Shown: positions 1-10,878, counted from the stretch's first letter. The stretch: DNA of 64,000 nt from Candidatus Marinacidobacterales bacterium (GCA_965237955.1 OZ250169.1:3328001-3392000); one strand, 5' to 3'. The notes: a model not told the origin generated them from the letters alone. Made by a program: numbers and translations.

Positions 1-112
1 AACCACGGTCCGCGAACAGCTCGAGCGCGGCATCGAAGATCCGACCACGGGTCTGCTGAGATTTCGCACTGGTGCCCCGCGGTCTCCCCCGCCTTTTCGT
101 CGCTGTCTCCAT
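1..112 (-). CDS. TetR/AcrR family transcriptional regulator, 5' part (runs off window)
   Basis: Manual translation from ATG at 112: METATKRRGRPRGTSAKSQQTRGRIFDAALELFADRG, a typical TetR HTH N-terminus; not in the ORF track. Confidence 0.85.
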   Translation of the reverse strand, partial: METATKRRGRPRGTSAKSQQTRGRIFDAALELFADRG

Positions 113-144
113 ACCATTAAAATAAACGCGTTTATTTTAATGGT
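113..144. promoter_or_regulatory. Perfect 32-bp palindrome, likely TetR autoregulatory operator overlapping its promoter
   Basis: ACCATTAAAATAAACG|CGTTTATTTTAATGGT; minus strand reads TTGACC-17bp-TATTTT-6nt-ATG. Confidence 0.75.
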
Positions 145-199
145 CAAGACCTTTTTCTCTCACGCGCTTAACAGTCAGTGATGTTATAATGGTGCCATC

Positions 200-457
200 A
201 TGATGGCGCGAACTCAGATCACGCTCGATCCGGAAACGCAGCGTCGTGCTCGCGAACGCGCTGCCGATCTCGGGATTTCATTCGCCGAGTACGTTCGTAC
301 ACTCGTGGAACGCGACCTCGAGCGTCCGAGCCGGAATGGCGACCCATCCGTGGTTTTCGATCTAGGCCGGTCGAATGCGGCGGACGTCGCGCGCAACAAA
401 GACGCCATGCTGGGTGCAGCCGTGGAAGCAGAGCGACCGCGGAAGACTTCTGAGTGA
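200..457 (+). CDS. RHH/CopG-like antitoxin (VapB-type)
   Basis: RTQITLD beta-strand plus helix pattern; overlaps PIN gene by 4 nt; TATAAT at 185-190; palindrome GCCATCATGATGGC at 194-207. Confidence 0.75.
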   Translation: MMARTQITLDPETQRRARERAADLGISFAEYVRTLVERDLERPSRNGDPSVVFDLGRSNAADVARNKDAMLGAAVEAERPRKTSE

Positions 458-867
458 GCCTCTTTGTAGACACCTCGGTCTGGTACGCCGCGGCGGACTC
501 AGGCGATCGCAGCAACGAGCGGGCAAAAGAGACTCTCGCTCTCGGTGAGTCGCTTCTAACCACCGACCACATTCTGGTCGAAACGTGGCTCCTTCTGCGA
601 TTTCGACTCCACCGCACTGCGGCCGAGAAATTCTGGGAAGGCCTTCGGGGTGGAGTTGCCGCCATCGAGCCCGTCAACGCGGCGGACCTGGAGTCCGCGT
701 GGGCAATGGGGCTGGACTTTCCCGATCAGGATTTTTCCATCGCAGACAGAACCAGCTTCGCCGTCATGCTTCGACTCGGCGTTCACCGCGCCGCGGCGCT
801 CGACGACGACTTCGCGGTGTTCCGCTTCGGCAAGAACAAGAGCCGCGCGTTCGAGATCGTTCGCTGA
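454..867 (+). CDS. vapC: PIN-domain VapC toxin
   Basis: FVDTSVWYA, ILVET, FSIADRTSFAVM, DDDF PIN motifs. Confidence 0.9.
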   Translation: MSLFVDTSVWYAAADSGDRSNERAKETLALGESLLTTDHILVETWLLLRFRLHRTAAEKFWEGLRGGVAAIEPVNAADLESAWAMGLDFPDQDFSIADRTSFAVMLRLGVHRAAALDDDFAVFRFGKNKSRAFEIVR

Positions 868-912
868 TCGATTCTACTGGCCGAGTCCTAGCGTTTCAGG
901 CGCCTGCGCATT

Positions 913-1473
913 TCAGGGAAGGAGATTGCTCACGGCGATCTCTAGGTCGGGGAATGCCAGAGGCGAAACCGTGTCTGCCGGCTTCAAGACTATGCGTTCG
1001 TGATAGGTGCTATCCTTCGGATCGCGGTGGATCTCGAGAACGTCATCCACGAGGTTGACGATCCAATAGTCGCCGATGCCTGCTTCAGCGTAGATTGCTG
1101 CCTTGTCCAGGCGATCGAAACGAAGCGATGTTTCGGCCACTTCGATGACGAGTAGTGACTCCACATCCTCCGATCCGGCGTCGCGGGGGTCAGAGCTCGA
1201 GAGTACGCAAACATCGGGTTCAGGCTCCGAAGTCGAGTGTTTCAACGCGACGGGATCTTGAATCTGAACGATCGCACGTCCCTTCAGCGCTGGCGTCAAC
1301 AGGTTGTTCGCCAGTGTGACGGCCTGAACGTGTCGCCTACCTTTGGGACTCATCTCGCGGATCACCCCCCGAATCAGCTCGACGCGCTCGTCGGGCCCGA
1401 GCACACCGGCTTCACCCATACGGTGATACTCCTCCACCGTGAAGGTGCGCTGGCCTTCGATGACGTGCGCCAT
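913..1473 (-). CDS. Uma2 family endonuclease
   Basis: FTVEEYHRM, VELIRG, EPEPDV, LVIEVAETSLRFDR, YAEAGIGDYWIVNL. Confidence 0.9.
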   Translation of the reverse strand: MAHVIEGQRTFTVEEYHRMGEAGVLGPDERVELIRGVIREMSPKGRRHVQAVTLANNLLTPALKGRAIVQIQDPVALKHSTSEPEPDVCVLSSSDPRDAGSEDVESLLVIEVAETSLRFDRLDKAAIYAEAGIGDYWIVNLVDDVLEIHRDPKDSTYHERIVLKPADTVSPLAFPDLEIAVSNLLP

Positions 1474-1533
1474 GGTCGTATTTTACCTCTAATCCACAGG
1501 CACGAGGTCGTATTCTCATTATGTGAGGAAACA

Positions 1534-1959
1534 ATGACCACAAGTGTTTGGAGCAAGAACCAGCCTCGAGTGGGGCAGACCGCCGAGCGGTCCCGCTTCG
1601 TCAAACCTGAGTACATTCAAATGTTCGCGGAGATCAGCGGGGACGAAAACCCGCTTCATTTCGACGAGGCCACCGCGAAGGCTTCACGGTTCGGGGAGAT
1701 CATCGTCCACGGCGGTATCACCAGCTCGATCCTGAACGCCGTGTGCGCCGAGGATCTGCCCGGCCCGGGCTCGGTGTTCTTGAACACGAACTGGAACTTC
1801 AAAGCGCCGGTTCGTCCTGGTGACACGATCACGGGTTCCGTCGAAATGCTCGAAGTGCGCGAGGACAAACCGATCACGAAGGTCGCGACGAAGGTCACCC
1901 GCCAGGATGGCGTCGTCGTGCTCGAAGGCACCGCGCTCTGCTACACGATGACGTTATAA
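1534..1959 (+). CDS. MaoC family (R)-hydratase
   Basis: FAEISGDENPLHFD, VHGG, LPGPG, FKAPVRPGD; start moved to ATG 1534 after GAGG. Confidence 0.9.
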   Translation: MTTSVWSKNQPRVGQTAERSRFVKPEYIQMFAEISGDENPLHFDEATAKASRFGEIIVHGGITSSILNAVCAEDLPGPGSVFLNTNWNFKAPVRPGDTITGSVEMLEVREDKPITKVATKVTRQDGVVVLEGTALCYTMTL

Positions 1960-1968
1960 TTGCGCGGC

Positions 1969-3066
1969 ATGGTCGCCCGCGCACTCGACACCCTCATCTT
2001 CTTCGTCACGTCACGCTGTAACTCCAAGTGCCGGACGTGTTTCTACTGGGAAGAGCTGAACCAGACCGGGGATCTGAGCTTCGAAGAGATCCGGCAGCTT
2101 TCGGCGACGATGCCGAAGTTCAACGAGATCTGGCTCTCCGGCGGCGAGCCTACGCTGCGAGAGGGGCTGGTTCCGATCCTGGAGCTCTTCTACCGTCAAA
2201 ACGGCGTTCGCTCGGTTAACTTCCCTGCAAACGGCTTGCTCCCTCGGAAACTCCTCGAAACCTTGGAATCAACGTTCGCGCACTGCCCCGAGCTGCGCGT
2301 GAACTTGAACCTCGCGCTCGACGGCATCGGTGAAACGCACGATCGCATTCGCGGCGTGCCGGGGAATTTCGAGCGCGCGCTCGAGAGCCTCGAGCTACTG
2401 CAAGAGCTCAGAAGCCGCGACGAACGCCTTCGGCTCCACGTGAACACCGTCGTCTGTCGAGACAACGTCGCCGAAATGCTCACCCTCGGCGAGATGATGC
2501 GTGCTCGATTCGATCTCGACGGACACTACTTCCAGATCATTCGCGGCGAGCCGATGGACCCGGCGCTTCTCGAAGTTCACACACACACCATCGAAGAGCT
2601 CTACAAAGACCTGAAGCCCCTGTATCAACACTATGCCGACAAGGTCGGCGAACGTAAGGGATTCTTCGGTAAAGCCGGCTACCTCGGCGTGCTTGGCCTC
2701 TATCACGAGATCCAGGCCGCGAATCTGGACCGCCACCATCGATGGCCCATGCCGTGCACCGCGGGCCAGAACATCGCCGTCGTCGACGCCAACGGGGACA
2801 TCCGCTCGTGCGAGCTGAGGGAGCGACTCGGGAATCTTCGTGACTATGATTGCGATTGGAGCCGCTTTTGGGACTCACGGGAGCGCCGCGAGGAGATCGC
2901 AGCCATCGAGCGAGACGGGTGCTGGTGCACCCACGTTTGCTTCATCCACGCGAGCCTGAAGGCGAGCCCGAAGGCGATGGCCATCGACGTGCCGCGAGCA
3001 TACTTGCACCAAATCGAATCACCGAGAAGGGGAAACCGTGTCAGAAGTGTTGAGCATCGGGCATAG
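1969..3066 (+). CDS. Radical SAM protein with SPASM/twitch domain
   Basis: CNSKCRTC, SGGEP, PCTAG...DIRSCE...CWCTHVC; TATAAT just upstream. Confidence 0.85.
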   Translation: MVARALDTLIFFVTSRCNSKCRTCFYWEELNQTGDLSFEEIRQLSATMPKFNEIWLSGGEPTLREGLVPILELFYRQNGVRSVNFPANGLLPRKLLETLESTFAHCPELRVNLNLALDGIGETHDRIRGVPGNFERALESLELLQELRSRDERLRLHVNTVVCRDNVAEMLTLGEMMRARFDLDGHYFQIIRGEPMDPALLEVHTHTIEELYKDLKPLYQHYADKVGERKGFFGKAGYLGVLGLYHEIQAANLDRHHRWPMPCTAGQNIAVVDANGDIRSCELRERLGNLRDYDCDWSRFWDSRERREEIAAIERDGCWCTHVCFIHASLKASPKAMAIDVPRAYLHQIESPRRGNRVRSVEHRA

Positions 3067-3871
3067 CCCCGATCCCGACGACGCGTTCATGTTCTGCGCG
3101 TTGTCGAACGGCACCGTGAAGATCCGCGACTACGAGATCGATCACGTCCTTCAGGACATCCAGACACTCAACGAGCGCGCGATGAAAGGCGAGCTCGCGG
3201 TCACCGCGATCTCAGCCCACGCGTATTTGTCGGTCGCGGACAAGTACTGGATCATGGCCACCGGCGCCAGCATGGGCGAAGGTTACGGCCCCGTCGTCGT
3301 CTCCAAGAAGGAGATGAGCCTCGAGGATCTCGAAGGCAAGCGCGTCGTCATTCCGGGAGAGATCACGACGGCGGCGCTTCTCGCGCGCATCTATCTACCG
3401 ACGTTCGAGCCGGTCGTTCGGCCGTTCGACAAGATTTTCGACGCGCTCGACAAGGGTGAAGCTGACGCGGGGGTCATCATCCATGAAGGTCAGCTCACGT
3501 ACGCGGACAAGGGGTATCACAAGATCATAGATTTCGGAGAGCGATGGGAGAAAGAGACCGGGCTCCCACTTCCTTTGGGGCTCGACGTCGTGCGCCGCAA
3601 CCTCGGCCGCGAGCTCGCCGAGGAGATCAACCGCGCGATGCGCGCGAGCATCGATTGGGCTTACGAGAACGAAGAAGAAGCGCTGACGTACTCGCTTCAG
3701 TTCGGCCGCGGTCTCGAGCGGGAGCTCGGGCGCCGGTTTGTGAAGATGTACGTCTCGGAGCTCACCAAAGACATGGGTGACGCCGGTGAGAAGGCGCTGA
3801 GAGAGCTCTTCGCCCGCGCCGAAAAAGCCGGCGTCGTCGACAAGGCTCCGGAGTTCGAGCTCATACGTTGA
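3038..3871 (+). CDS. mqnD: 1,4-dihydroxy-6-naphthoate synthase (futalosine pathway)
   Basis: GHSPDPDDAFMF, DIQTLN, SMGEGYGP, IIHEGQLTY, LPLPLG. Confidence 0.88.
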   Translation: MSEVLSIGHSPDPDDAFMFCALSNGTVKIRDYEIDHVLQDIQTLNERAMKGELAVTAISAHAYLSVADKYWIMATGASMGEGYGPVVVSKKEMSLEDLEGKRVVIPGEITTAALLARIYLPTFEPVVRPFDKIFDALDKGEADAGVIIHEGQLTYADKGYHKIIDFGERWEKETGLPLPLGLDVVRRNLGRELAEEINRAMRASIDWAYENEEEALTYSLQFGRGLERELGRRFVKMYVSELTKDMGDAGEKALRELFARAEKAGVVDKAPEFELIR

Positions 3872-4625
3872 GCTCGTAGATGATCCGCAGGCCTTCGAGG
3901 GTGAGCCGCGGGCTCACGATGTCGATCACTTTCGTCCACTCGGCAACGATGTCGGCCATGCCGCCGGTCGCGATCACTTTGGGCTCGCCGGGGAGCTCTT
4001 TTTTCAGGCGGGCGACGAGCTCTTTGACCAGCCCGAGGTAGCCGAGCACCAGCCCCGATTGCATCGCGCTGACGGTGTTGGTCCCGACGGCATGCTCCGG
4101 GAGCGTGAGCTCCACCTTCGGTAGTTTCGACGTCCGTCTGACCAGTGCCTCCGCAGTGATGCCGAGTCCGGGTGCGATCGCCCCACCAAGGTAGTCACCG
4201 TCCTTCGAGACGACATCGAACGTCGTCGCGGTTCCCAGGTCGGCGACGATTGCGGGTCCGCCGTAGAGCTTGTGCACCGCCGCGGTATTGGCGACACGGT
4301 CCGCTCCCACTTCGCTTGGGGTATCGATCTTGATGGTGATCCCGGTCTTCACACCGGGCCCGACGACAACAGGAGGTTTGTCGAGAACGCGTTCCATCAA
4401 CTCCTGAAACGTTGCCGTCAGCGGCGGCACCACGCTCGCAATGACGGCGCCGGAGATGTCCTTCCACAGAAGTCCTTCGTCCTCGAGGAGCGCCTTCAGC
4501 AGAACGTAGTACTCATCCGCGAGATGGTCAAGGTGCGTGGTCACCCGCCAGTCGGCGATCCACTCGCCGTCGTGATGCACCCCGACTGCCGTTTTGGTGT
4601 TCCCGACATCCAGAACCAGCAGCAC
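3861..4625 (-). CDS. coaX: Type III pantothenate kinase
   Basis: LDVGNT, SVVP, GADR, DLGTATT, GGAIAPG, ATGG. Confidence 0.95.
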   Translation of the reverse strand: MLLVLDVGNTKTAVGVHHDGEWIADWRVTTHLDHLADEYYVLLKALLEDEGLLWKDISGAVIASVVPPLTATFQELMERVLDKPPVVVGPGVKTGITIKIDTPSEVGADRVANTAAVHKLYGGPAIVADLGTATTFDVVSKDGDYLGGAIAPGLGITAEALVRRTSKLPKVELTLPEHAVGTNTVSAMQSGLVLGYLGLVKELVARLKKELPGEPKVIATGGMADIVAEWTKVIDIVSPRLTLEGLRIIYELNV

Positions 4626-4696
4626 AACCGCATTCTACACCCGGCTGGTGGCTGACGGCTGGTGGTCGATGGCGGAGTCGTGATACGAATAGGCGC

Positions 4697-5650
4697 ATGA
4701 TCCCCATCGAAGACATTCGTGCCGCGCAGCACGCGATCAAAGGAAAAGCCTTACGCACGCCTCTCGTCCGTCTCAACTACCCCGAAGACGAACGCGAAAT
4801 CTACTTGAAGCTCGAGAACCTCCAGACCATCGCATCGTTCAAGTTACGTGGTGCCATCAACGCGTTTCGCCTCGCGCCTCCGGAAGAGATCGAAAACGGC
4901 GTTCTTGCGGCGAGCGCCGGGAATTGGGCACAGGGAGTCGCCTGGGTCGCTCGCGAGAGAAGCATTCCGTGCACCATCATCGTTCCCGAGCACGTTCCCA
5001 AAACAAAGCTCGCCGCTATCGAACGCCTGGGTGCACGCCACATCGGCGTCCCCTACGACACGTGGTGGCAGTGCATGATCGAGCGCCGTTTCAAGGGCGT
5101 CGACGGACTGTTCTTACACCCCGTCGAAGACGAGCCGGTCATGGCGGGTAACGGCACGATCGCGCCCGAGATTCTCGAAGACTTGCCCGATCCCGACGTC
5201 GTGTTGATCCCATGGGGCGGTGGCGGGCTCGCGAGCGGAATCGCCAGCGGCCTCCGACAGCTTCGACCCAAGACCCGCGTGTATGGAGTCGAGGTGGACA
5301 CCGCCGCGCCGTTGGCGGCGTCGTTCGCGGCAGGAGAAATGACCACGGTCGAGCGCAAGACTTCGTTCGTTGATGGCATCGGAAGCGGGCGAATGCTGCC
5401 AAAGATGTGGCCGCTCGCACAAGAGCTCTTGACGGGCGCGTTCACCGCGTCAGTGGAAGAGATCGAGAATGCAGTCCGGCTCGTCGTGGAGAGAAATCGC
5501 GTCGTCCCCGAAGGTGCGGGCGCGTGCCCCGTCGCGGTTGCCCTGTCGGGCCGGCTCGACGCCCAGAAAATTGTCTGCGTCGTTTCCGGCGGCAACATCG
5601 ATTCCGATATTCTGGCGAAGATACTCGGAGGCGACAATGCAGTCCACTGA
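4697..5650 (+). CDS. PLP-dependent threonine/serine dehydratase family
   Basis: LKLENLQ..SFKLRGA, ASAGN, GGGGL, VVSGGN. Confidence 0.9.
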   Translation: MIPIEDIRAAQHAIKGKALRTPLVRLNYPEDEREIYLKLENLQTIASFKLRGAINAFRLAPPEEIENGVLAASAGNWAQGVAWVARERSIPCTIIVPEHVPKTKLAAIERLGARHIGVPYDTWWQCMIERRFKGVDGLFLHPVEDEPVMAGNGTIAPEILEDLPDPDVVLIPWGGGGLASGIASGLRQLRPKTRVYGVEVDTAAPLAASFAAGEMTTVERKTSFVDGIGSGRMLPKMWPLAQELLTGAFTASVEEIENAVRLVVERNRVVPEGAGACPVAVALSGRLDAQKIVCVVSGGNIDSDILAKILGGDNAVH

Positions 5651-5674
5651 CGTCGGAGCAAGTTGCCGAGGCCG

Positions 5675-6100
5675 TCAGGCTCCTAGGCGTTCTCGCAGAG
5701 ATTTCAAGTATCCCGGCGCTTTGACGTTGAGATAAGCCTCACGTAGCTTGGCCACCTCTTCGAAGTTCTCGAGGAAGGCCGGGTTTTCGAACTCCTCGCG
5801 GAGCTCGGGGATGAGGTGTTTCACTTTCTCCCACACCGCGGTGATCTCACCGTTCGTCTCGTAGAAGAGCTCTTTTTCCAGGACGTCACGCTTGACGATG
5901 GCGGAGACCATGTCCCAATACGTCAACACCTGCCGGAAGAACGCGTTCTCTTCCGAGCCGGGAGGGCAGAGCTCGTGGAGCTCTTCGGCGTTTTTCGCTT
6001 TGAAGCGGCCGAGGACGAACGCGCGCGCCTCGCGAAGCCGCGACTCACGCCGCAATTCATAGAACTGCAAGATCATTTGCGCGTCCTGGTACTGGCTCAT
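5675..6100 (-). CDS. Conserved hypothetical protein (DUF4760-like)
   Basis: LQFYELRRE.RLREAR and YWDMV pattern; GGGAGG RBS. Confidence 0.65.
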   Translation of the reverse strand: MSQYQDAQMILQFYELRRESRLREARAFVLGRFKAKNAEELHELCPPGSEENAFFRQVLTYWDMVSAIVKRDVLEKELFYETNGEITAVWEKVKHLIPELREEFENPAFLENFEEVAKLREAYLNVKAPGYLKSLRERLGA

Positions 6101-6147
6101 CGAAACCCTCCCCGTGCTGTTGAAATCGAAAGAGGCGCTAGCCTATC

Positions 6148-6462
6148 ATGCGAAAGGAGGACTCAGCGATGGTCAGCGAAGACTTCAAAATCGTGTGTCC
6201 GTGTTGCCAATCCAAGATCCTCGTCGACTACAAGGCGGGTGCCGTGATTTCTCACGAGGAGCCTCCACGCAAAGCCACCCCGACTTTCGAAGAGGCCGTC
6301 GCTCAGAACACCAAGCGGAAGGCCGATGCGGAAGACGCCTTCGCTCAAGCGGTCCGGGAGCACGAGAACAGAGAAGAGCTCCTGGAAAAGAAGTTCAAAG
6401 AGGCGTTCGAGAAGGCGGACAAAACCGACACACCCCCGCCGCACCCGTTCGACTACGATTAG
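6148..6462 (+). CDS. Small Zn-ribbon/coiled-coil hypothetical protein (start may be 6169)
   Basis: CPCC motif, charged helical C-terminus, AGGAGG before ATG 6169. Confidence 0.7.
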   Translation: MRKEDSAMVSEDFKIVCPCCQSKILVDYKAGAVISHEEPPRKATPTFEEAVAQNTKRKADAEDAFAQAVREHENREELLEKKFKEAFEKADKTDTPPPHPFDYD

Positions 6463-9167
6463 TTCAGTAGGCTTCGTAGCACGGTGTGGAGGATGCCGCC
6501 GTTTTTGTAGTACAGGATGTCGACGTTCGAGTCGAGGCGGGCAATCGCGGTGAACTCGAACGTAGTACCGTCCGGGCGCGTTGCGGTTATTGATATCTGC
6601 TGACGGGGCTCGAGCTCACCGGTCAAACCATCGATGTCGAAGCTCTCGTGGCCGGTGATGCCCAGCGTGGATGCTCCTTCGCCCTCTTGGAACTGAAGCG
6701 GCAGCACACCCATCCCGACGAGATTGCTTCTGTGGATGCGCTCGTAGCTTTCGGCAATCACCGCTTTGACGCCCATCAAGAGCGTCCCTTTGGCCGCCCA
6801 GTCTCGAGATGAACCGGTGCCATATTCCTTGCCCGCGAGCACGACGAGTGGCGTACCTTCTTCCTGGTAACGTATGGCGGCGTCGTAGATGAACATTTGC
6901 TCGCCGCTGGGCATATGGATCGTGTACCCGCCTTCGACGCCAGGCACGAGTTGGTTCTTGATACGGATGTTCGCGAACGTGCCCCGCAACATCACCCGGT
7001 CGTTACCGCGGCGCGATCCGTAGGAGTTGAAATCCTTTTTCTCCAGCCCGCGCTCGCGCAGATAGCGTCCCGCCGGAGAGTCGTTCGGAATATCGCCCGC
7101 GGGCGAGATGTGGTCCGTGGTCACCGAATCGCCGAGGAGCGCGAGAACGCGCGCAGCCTTCACGTTCTCGAGTTTCGGAAGCTCGGGCGTGAGGTCGGCG
7201 AAAAACGGTGGTTCTTGGATGTACGTCGACGCTTCGCTCCACGGGTAGAGTTTGCCGCCGGAAACCGGAATGTCGTTCCACGCTTCGTTGCCGTCCCAGA
7301 CGTTTGCGTACATTTTGTTGAACATGTCCGGGTGGATCGCCTTGTCCATGAGCTCGTGGACTTCCTCCTGGCTCGGCCAGATGTCCTTGAGATAGACAGA
7401 CTGTCCCTCGACGTCCTTTCCTATCGGCTCGGTGGCGAGGTCGAGGTCCACCGTTCCCGCAAGCGCATACGCAACGACGAGTGGCGGCGACGCGAGGTAG
7501 TTGGCGCGCACGAGCGGGTGAATCCGGCCCTCGAAGTTACGATTCCCCGAGAGCACTGAGGCCGCAACGAGCTCTCCCTCGGAAACGGCTTTCGCGACCG
7601 CTTCGGCAAGTGGGCCGCTGTTACCGATACACGTTGTGCATCCATAACCGACCAAATGAAATCCGAGATCAGCGAGTGAGGAAAGAAGTCCCGCTTCACG
7701 CAAATACTCGGTGACGACTTTCGATCCCGGGGCCAAGGACGTCTTGACGTACGGCGGCACTTTGAGTCCACGCTCCGTGGCTTTCTTTGCGACGAGACCC
7801 GCGCCGAGCATGACCGATGGGTTCGACGTATTGGTGCACGAGGTAATGGCCGCAATCACCACCGCGCCATGGCCGACGTTCTCACGGGTTCCGTTGAACG
7901 CAACGGTAGCGGTATGCGAGAGATCGTCCGAGGAGAGCCCGAACCCTCGCTCCTCGGGCGACGTCGTTAGCGCGGAGCGGAACGCGTCTTTCATGCCCGA
8001 CAACGCAATCCGATCCTGCGGTCGCTTCGGACCGGCGAGGCTCGGCTCGACCGCACCGAGATCGAGCTCGAGTGTTTCGGTGAACTCCGGATCGGGCGTG
8101 TCCTCGGTTCGGAAGAGTCCTTGCATCTTCGTGTACGCTTCCACACGAGCGATTTCGTTTTCACTGCGCCCGGTTCGCTCGAGGTAGCGAAGCGTCTCTT
8201 CGTCCACCGGAAAAAATCCCATCGTGGCACCGTACTCGGGCGCCATGTTGGCGACGGTCGCACGGTCGGGAAGTGACATCTGCGCTAGCCCCGGCCCGTA
8301 GAACTCCACGAACTTCTCCACGACGCCTTTGTTGCGCAGGATCTCGGTCACGGTGAGAACGAGGTCGGTCGCGGTCACGCCTTCGCGCAGCTGTCCGTGG
8401 AGCTTGAACCCCACGACCTTCGGCATGATGAGGTAAGACGGCTGGCCGAGCATCCCTGCTTCGGCCTCGATCCCACCGACGCCCCAACCGAGAACGCCGA
8501 GACCGTTGATCATCGTCGTGTGGGAGTCCGTCCCCACGAGAGTGTCCGGAAGAAGAAAGGTTTCGCCGTCGACTTCGCGGTTTATCACCACTTTCGCAAG
8601 GTATTCGAGGTTGACCTGGTGCACGATCCCCGTCGCCGGCGGGACGACGCGGAACCCGTCGAAAGCTTGCTTGCCCCAGCGTAGAAACTCGTAGCGTTCG
8701 CGGTTTCTGGTGAACTCGATCTCGGCGTTTTTTGCGAGCGCGAGCGGCGTGCCGGAGACGTCCACTTGAACGGAATGATCGATGACGAGGTCGACCGGAA
8801 CCGCCGGATTGATGCGCGCGGGGTCGCCCCCGAGACGCTCCATGGTCGAGCGCATCGCCGCGAGGTCGACGACCGCCGGAACGCCGGTGAAGTCCTGGAG
8901 AATGACTCGCGCGGGTAAGAACGGTACCTCTCCGTTTCCCGGATGGCTGGCCTTCCAGCCGGCGAGGGTTGTGATGTCGTCTTCAGTAACGATGGTGCCA
9001 TCGCAATTGCGCACGACGGCCTCGAGCAGGATCTTGATGCTGAACGGCAGCTTGGAAATGTTGTCGAGGCCCGCTTTCTCCAAGGCATCGAGCGAATAAA
9101 CGTGGGCGGTCCCCTCGTTGGTCTCGAGGGTGGTTCGAGTGCCCAGAGGATTTCTGGATTCGGTCAT
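6459..9167 (-). CDS. acnA: Aconitate hydratase A
   Basis: [59 protein letters not shown]. Confidence 0.97.
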   Translation of the reverse strand: MTESRNPLGTRTTLETNEGTAHVYSLDALEKAGLDNISKLPFSIKILLEAVVRNCDGTIVTEDDITTLAGWKASHPGNGEVPFLPARVILQDFTGVPAVVDLAAMRSTMERLGGDPARINPAVPVDLVIDHSVQVDVSGTPLALAKNAEIEFTRNRERYEFLRWGKQAFDGFRVVPPATGIVHQVNLEYLAKVVINREVDGETFLLPDTLVGTDSHTTMINGLGVLGWGVGGIEAEAGMLGQPSYLIMPKVVGFKLHGQLREGVTATDLVLTVTEILRNKGVVEKFVEFYGPGLAQMSLPDRATVANMAPEYGATMGFFPVDEETLRYLERTGRSENEIARVEAYTKMQGLFRTEDTPDPEFTETLELDLGAVEPSLAGPKRPQDRIALSGMKDAFRSALTTSPEERGFGLSSDDLSHTATVAFNGTRENVGHGAVVIAAITSCTNTSNPSVMLGAGLVAKKATERGLKVPPYVKTSLAPGSKVVTEYLREAGLLSSLADLGFHLVGYGCTTCIGNSGPLAEAVAKAVSEGELVAASVLSGNRNFEGRIHPLVRANYLASPPLVVAYALAGTVDLDLATEPIGKDVEGQSVYLKDIWPSQEEVHELMDKAIHPDMFNKMYANVWDGNEAWNDIPVSGGKLYPWSEASTYIQEPPFFADLTPELPKLENVKAARVLALLGDSVTTDHISPAGDIPNDSPAGRYLRERGLEKKDFNSYGSRRGNDRVMLRGTFANIRIKNQLVPGVEGGYTIHMPSGEQMFIYDAAIRYQEEGTPLVVLAGKEYGTGSSRDWAAKGTLLMGVKAVIAESYERIHRSNLVGMGVLPLQFQEGEGASTLGITGHESFDIDGLTGELEPRQQISITATRPDGTTFEFTAIARLDSNVDILYYKNGGILHTVLRSLLN

Positions 9168-9267
9168 GGTTAGGCGCGCTCCTAAAAACTGCTATCTGAC
9201 ATCTGCCATCGAAAGACGCCTCGGGCCTTTACTTCTGCCGGCGTCTCACCAGGCGGGGCCCCTCAAT

Positions 9268-9304
9268 CTCAACCTGGCTCAACTGGCTCAACTGGCTCAA
9301 CTGG
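9268..9304. repeat. 9-bp tandem repeat (CTCAACTGG) x4
   Basis: ctcaacctgg-ctcaactgg-ctcaactgg-ctcaactgg in the divergent intergenic region. Confidence 0.85.
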
Positions 9305-9391
9305 TAACTTTACCAAGAATCTCCGCAGCGCGCCCAGTCCGCGTATCCTATTGGCAACAAGGAAGCTTTGTTGCTATAACCATTATAGTTC

Positions 9392-10126
9392 ATGTCCGAC
9401 ACTGCGATCACGACCGCATCCTCCGAGCCAGGCATCGACCTATCTCGCACGCTGACGTTTTTCTTCGAAGACCCCGATTGGGTGCCGAAGCTCCTCGTGG
9501 GAACGCTGTTCGCGCTTCTGACTCCTTTCGTGATCGGAACCGTCTTCGTCGCGGGCTACGCCGTCGCCGTTGCGCAGAACACCATGCGTCAGAGGAGCCC
9601 TCTATTGCCGGAGTGGGACGATCTTCCGGGCATTTTCGTCGAAGGGCTCAAAGGACTCGCGATCTCGTTGACCCACAAACTCCCCATCATCCTGCTCTCG
9701 ATGCTCATGATCCTCGCAGTCGTCGGCGGAGCGCTTATCCAACAGGAAGGCGGAGGGCGAGAAGGCGGATCGCTTCCCGAAGGACTCTTTTACTACGGGC
9801 TTCCCGCTATCTTCGGTGGATGGTTCCTCGTCTTCGTCTTGTCTCTCTCAGTCCTGTTTTACGTACCCGCCGCATTCGTTCGCTTCATACAAACCGATCG
9901 CCTGAGCGCAGCGTTCGACGTGATGGACAACGTCGCGTTCATCCGCGAACAAGGCTCGACTTATCTCACCGGTATCCTGGCGATCGTCATCGCCGGATTC
10001 ATCGGCCAGCTCGGCATCATTGTTTTCTGTATCGGCGTATTTCCGGCCATGTTCTGGTCGGCATGTGTGATGGGCTACGTCATCGGAGAGCTCGCTCGTA
10101 TCGGTGGCGGAGCCCGCTCGCGCTAG
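9392..10126 (+). CDS. DUF4013 family membrane protein
   Basis: FFEDPDWVPKLLVG, GY, LPEWDD, several TM segments. Confidence 0.8.
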   Translation: MSDTAITTASSEPGIDLSRTLTFFFEDPDWVPKLLVGTLFALLTPFVIGTVFVAGYAVAVAQNTMRQRSPLLPEWDDLPGIFVEGLKGLAISLTHKLPIILLSMLMILAVVGGALIQQEGGGREGGSLPEGLFYYGLPAIFGGWFLVFVLSLSVLFYVPAAFVRFIQTDRLSAAFDVMDNVAFIREQGSTYLTGILAIVIAGFIGQLGIIVFCIGVFPAMFWSACVMGYVIGELARIGGGARSR

Positions 10127-10188
10127 CGCGAAGCAAACGTTCATGTCCAATGTGGACGTGAGCGCGCCGTCTCGAAGGGAGGCATTCG

Positions 10189-10878
10189 GTGAAACAACTC
10201 GGTTTCTACGTCGCGGTGCTCGGTATCGCTGTCGCGCCGTGTTACGGCCTCGATGAGGAAGCGGATCGCCTCGAAGCCGCGGCCACGGTCGTGCGCGAGA
10301 TTCTCGACATCCCCGATGGAATCCCTCAGGAGCTCCTCGACAAAGCGGAGTGCATCGTGGTGATGCCCTCGGTCAAGAAGTTCGCGATCGGGGTCGGCGG
10401 CAGCTACGGCAAAGGCGCCATGGTGTGCCGCAGCGGCAGCGGCTTCGACGGCCCTTGGGGTGCGCCCGCGATGTACCGCCTCGCAGGCGGCAACATCGGA
10501 TTCCAACTCGGCGGCCAAGCCACGGATTTCATCTTTCTAGTGATGAACCCCAAGGGCGTCAGATCGCTTCTCAAAAGCAAGGTAAAGCTCGGCGTTGATG
10601 CTTCCGCCGCTGCCGGGCCCAAAGGCCGCACCACGGGCGCGTCGACCGATGCGACCATGTCGGCGGAAATCCTCACGTACTCCCGAGCGCGCGGCTTGTT
10701 TGCGGGCGTGGCCATCGAAGGCTCGACGCTTCGTCCCGACACCGGCGCCAACGAGAAAATCTACCGTCGCAAGATCACCGCAAAGGAGATCGTTCTGAAA
10801 GAGAAGGTCGTACCCGTCGAAGGGCAGGAGCTCGTCGAGCTTTTGCAGCGTGCTTCGCCGGAAAATCTCTCCAACTGA
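10189..10878 (+). CDS. Lipid-binding SYLF/Ysc84 domain protein
   Basis: Signal peptide; GGSYGKG, GFQLGGQATD, AAAGPKGR, YSRARGLFAG. Confidence 0.92.
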   Translation: MKQLGFYVAVLGIAVAPCYGLDEEADRLEAAATVVREILDIPDGIPQELLDKAECIVVMPSVKKFAIGVGGSYGKGAMVCRSGSGFDGPWGAPAMYRLAGGNIGFQLGGQATDFIFLVMNPKGVRSLLKSKVKLGVDASAAAGPKGRTTGASTDATMSAEILTYSRARGLFAGVAIEGSTLRPDTGANEKIYRRKITAKEIVLKEKVVPVEGQELVELLQRASPENLSN

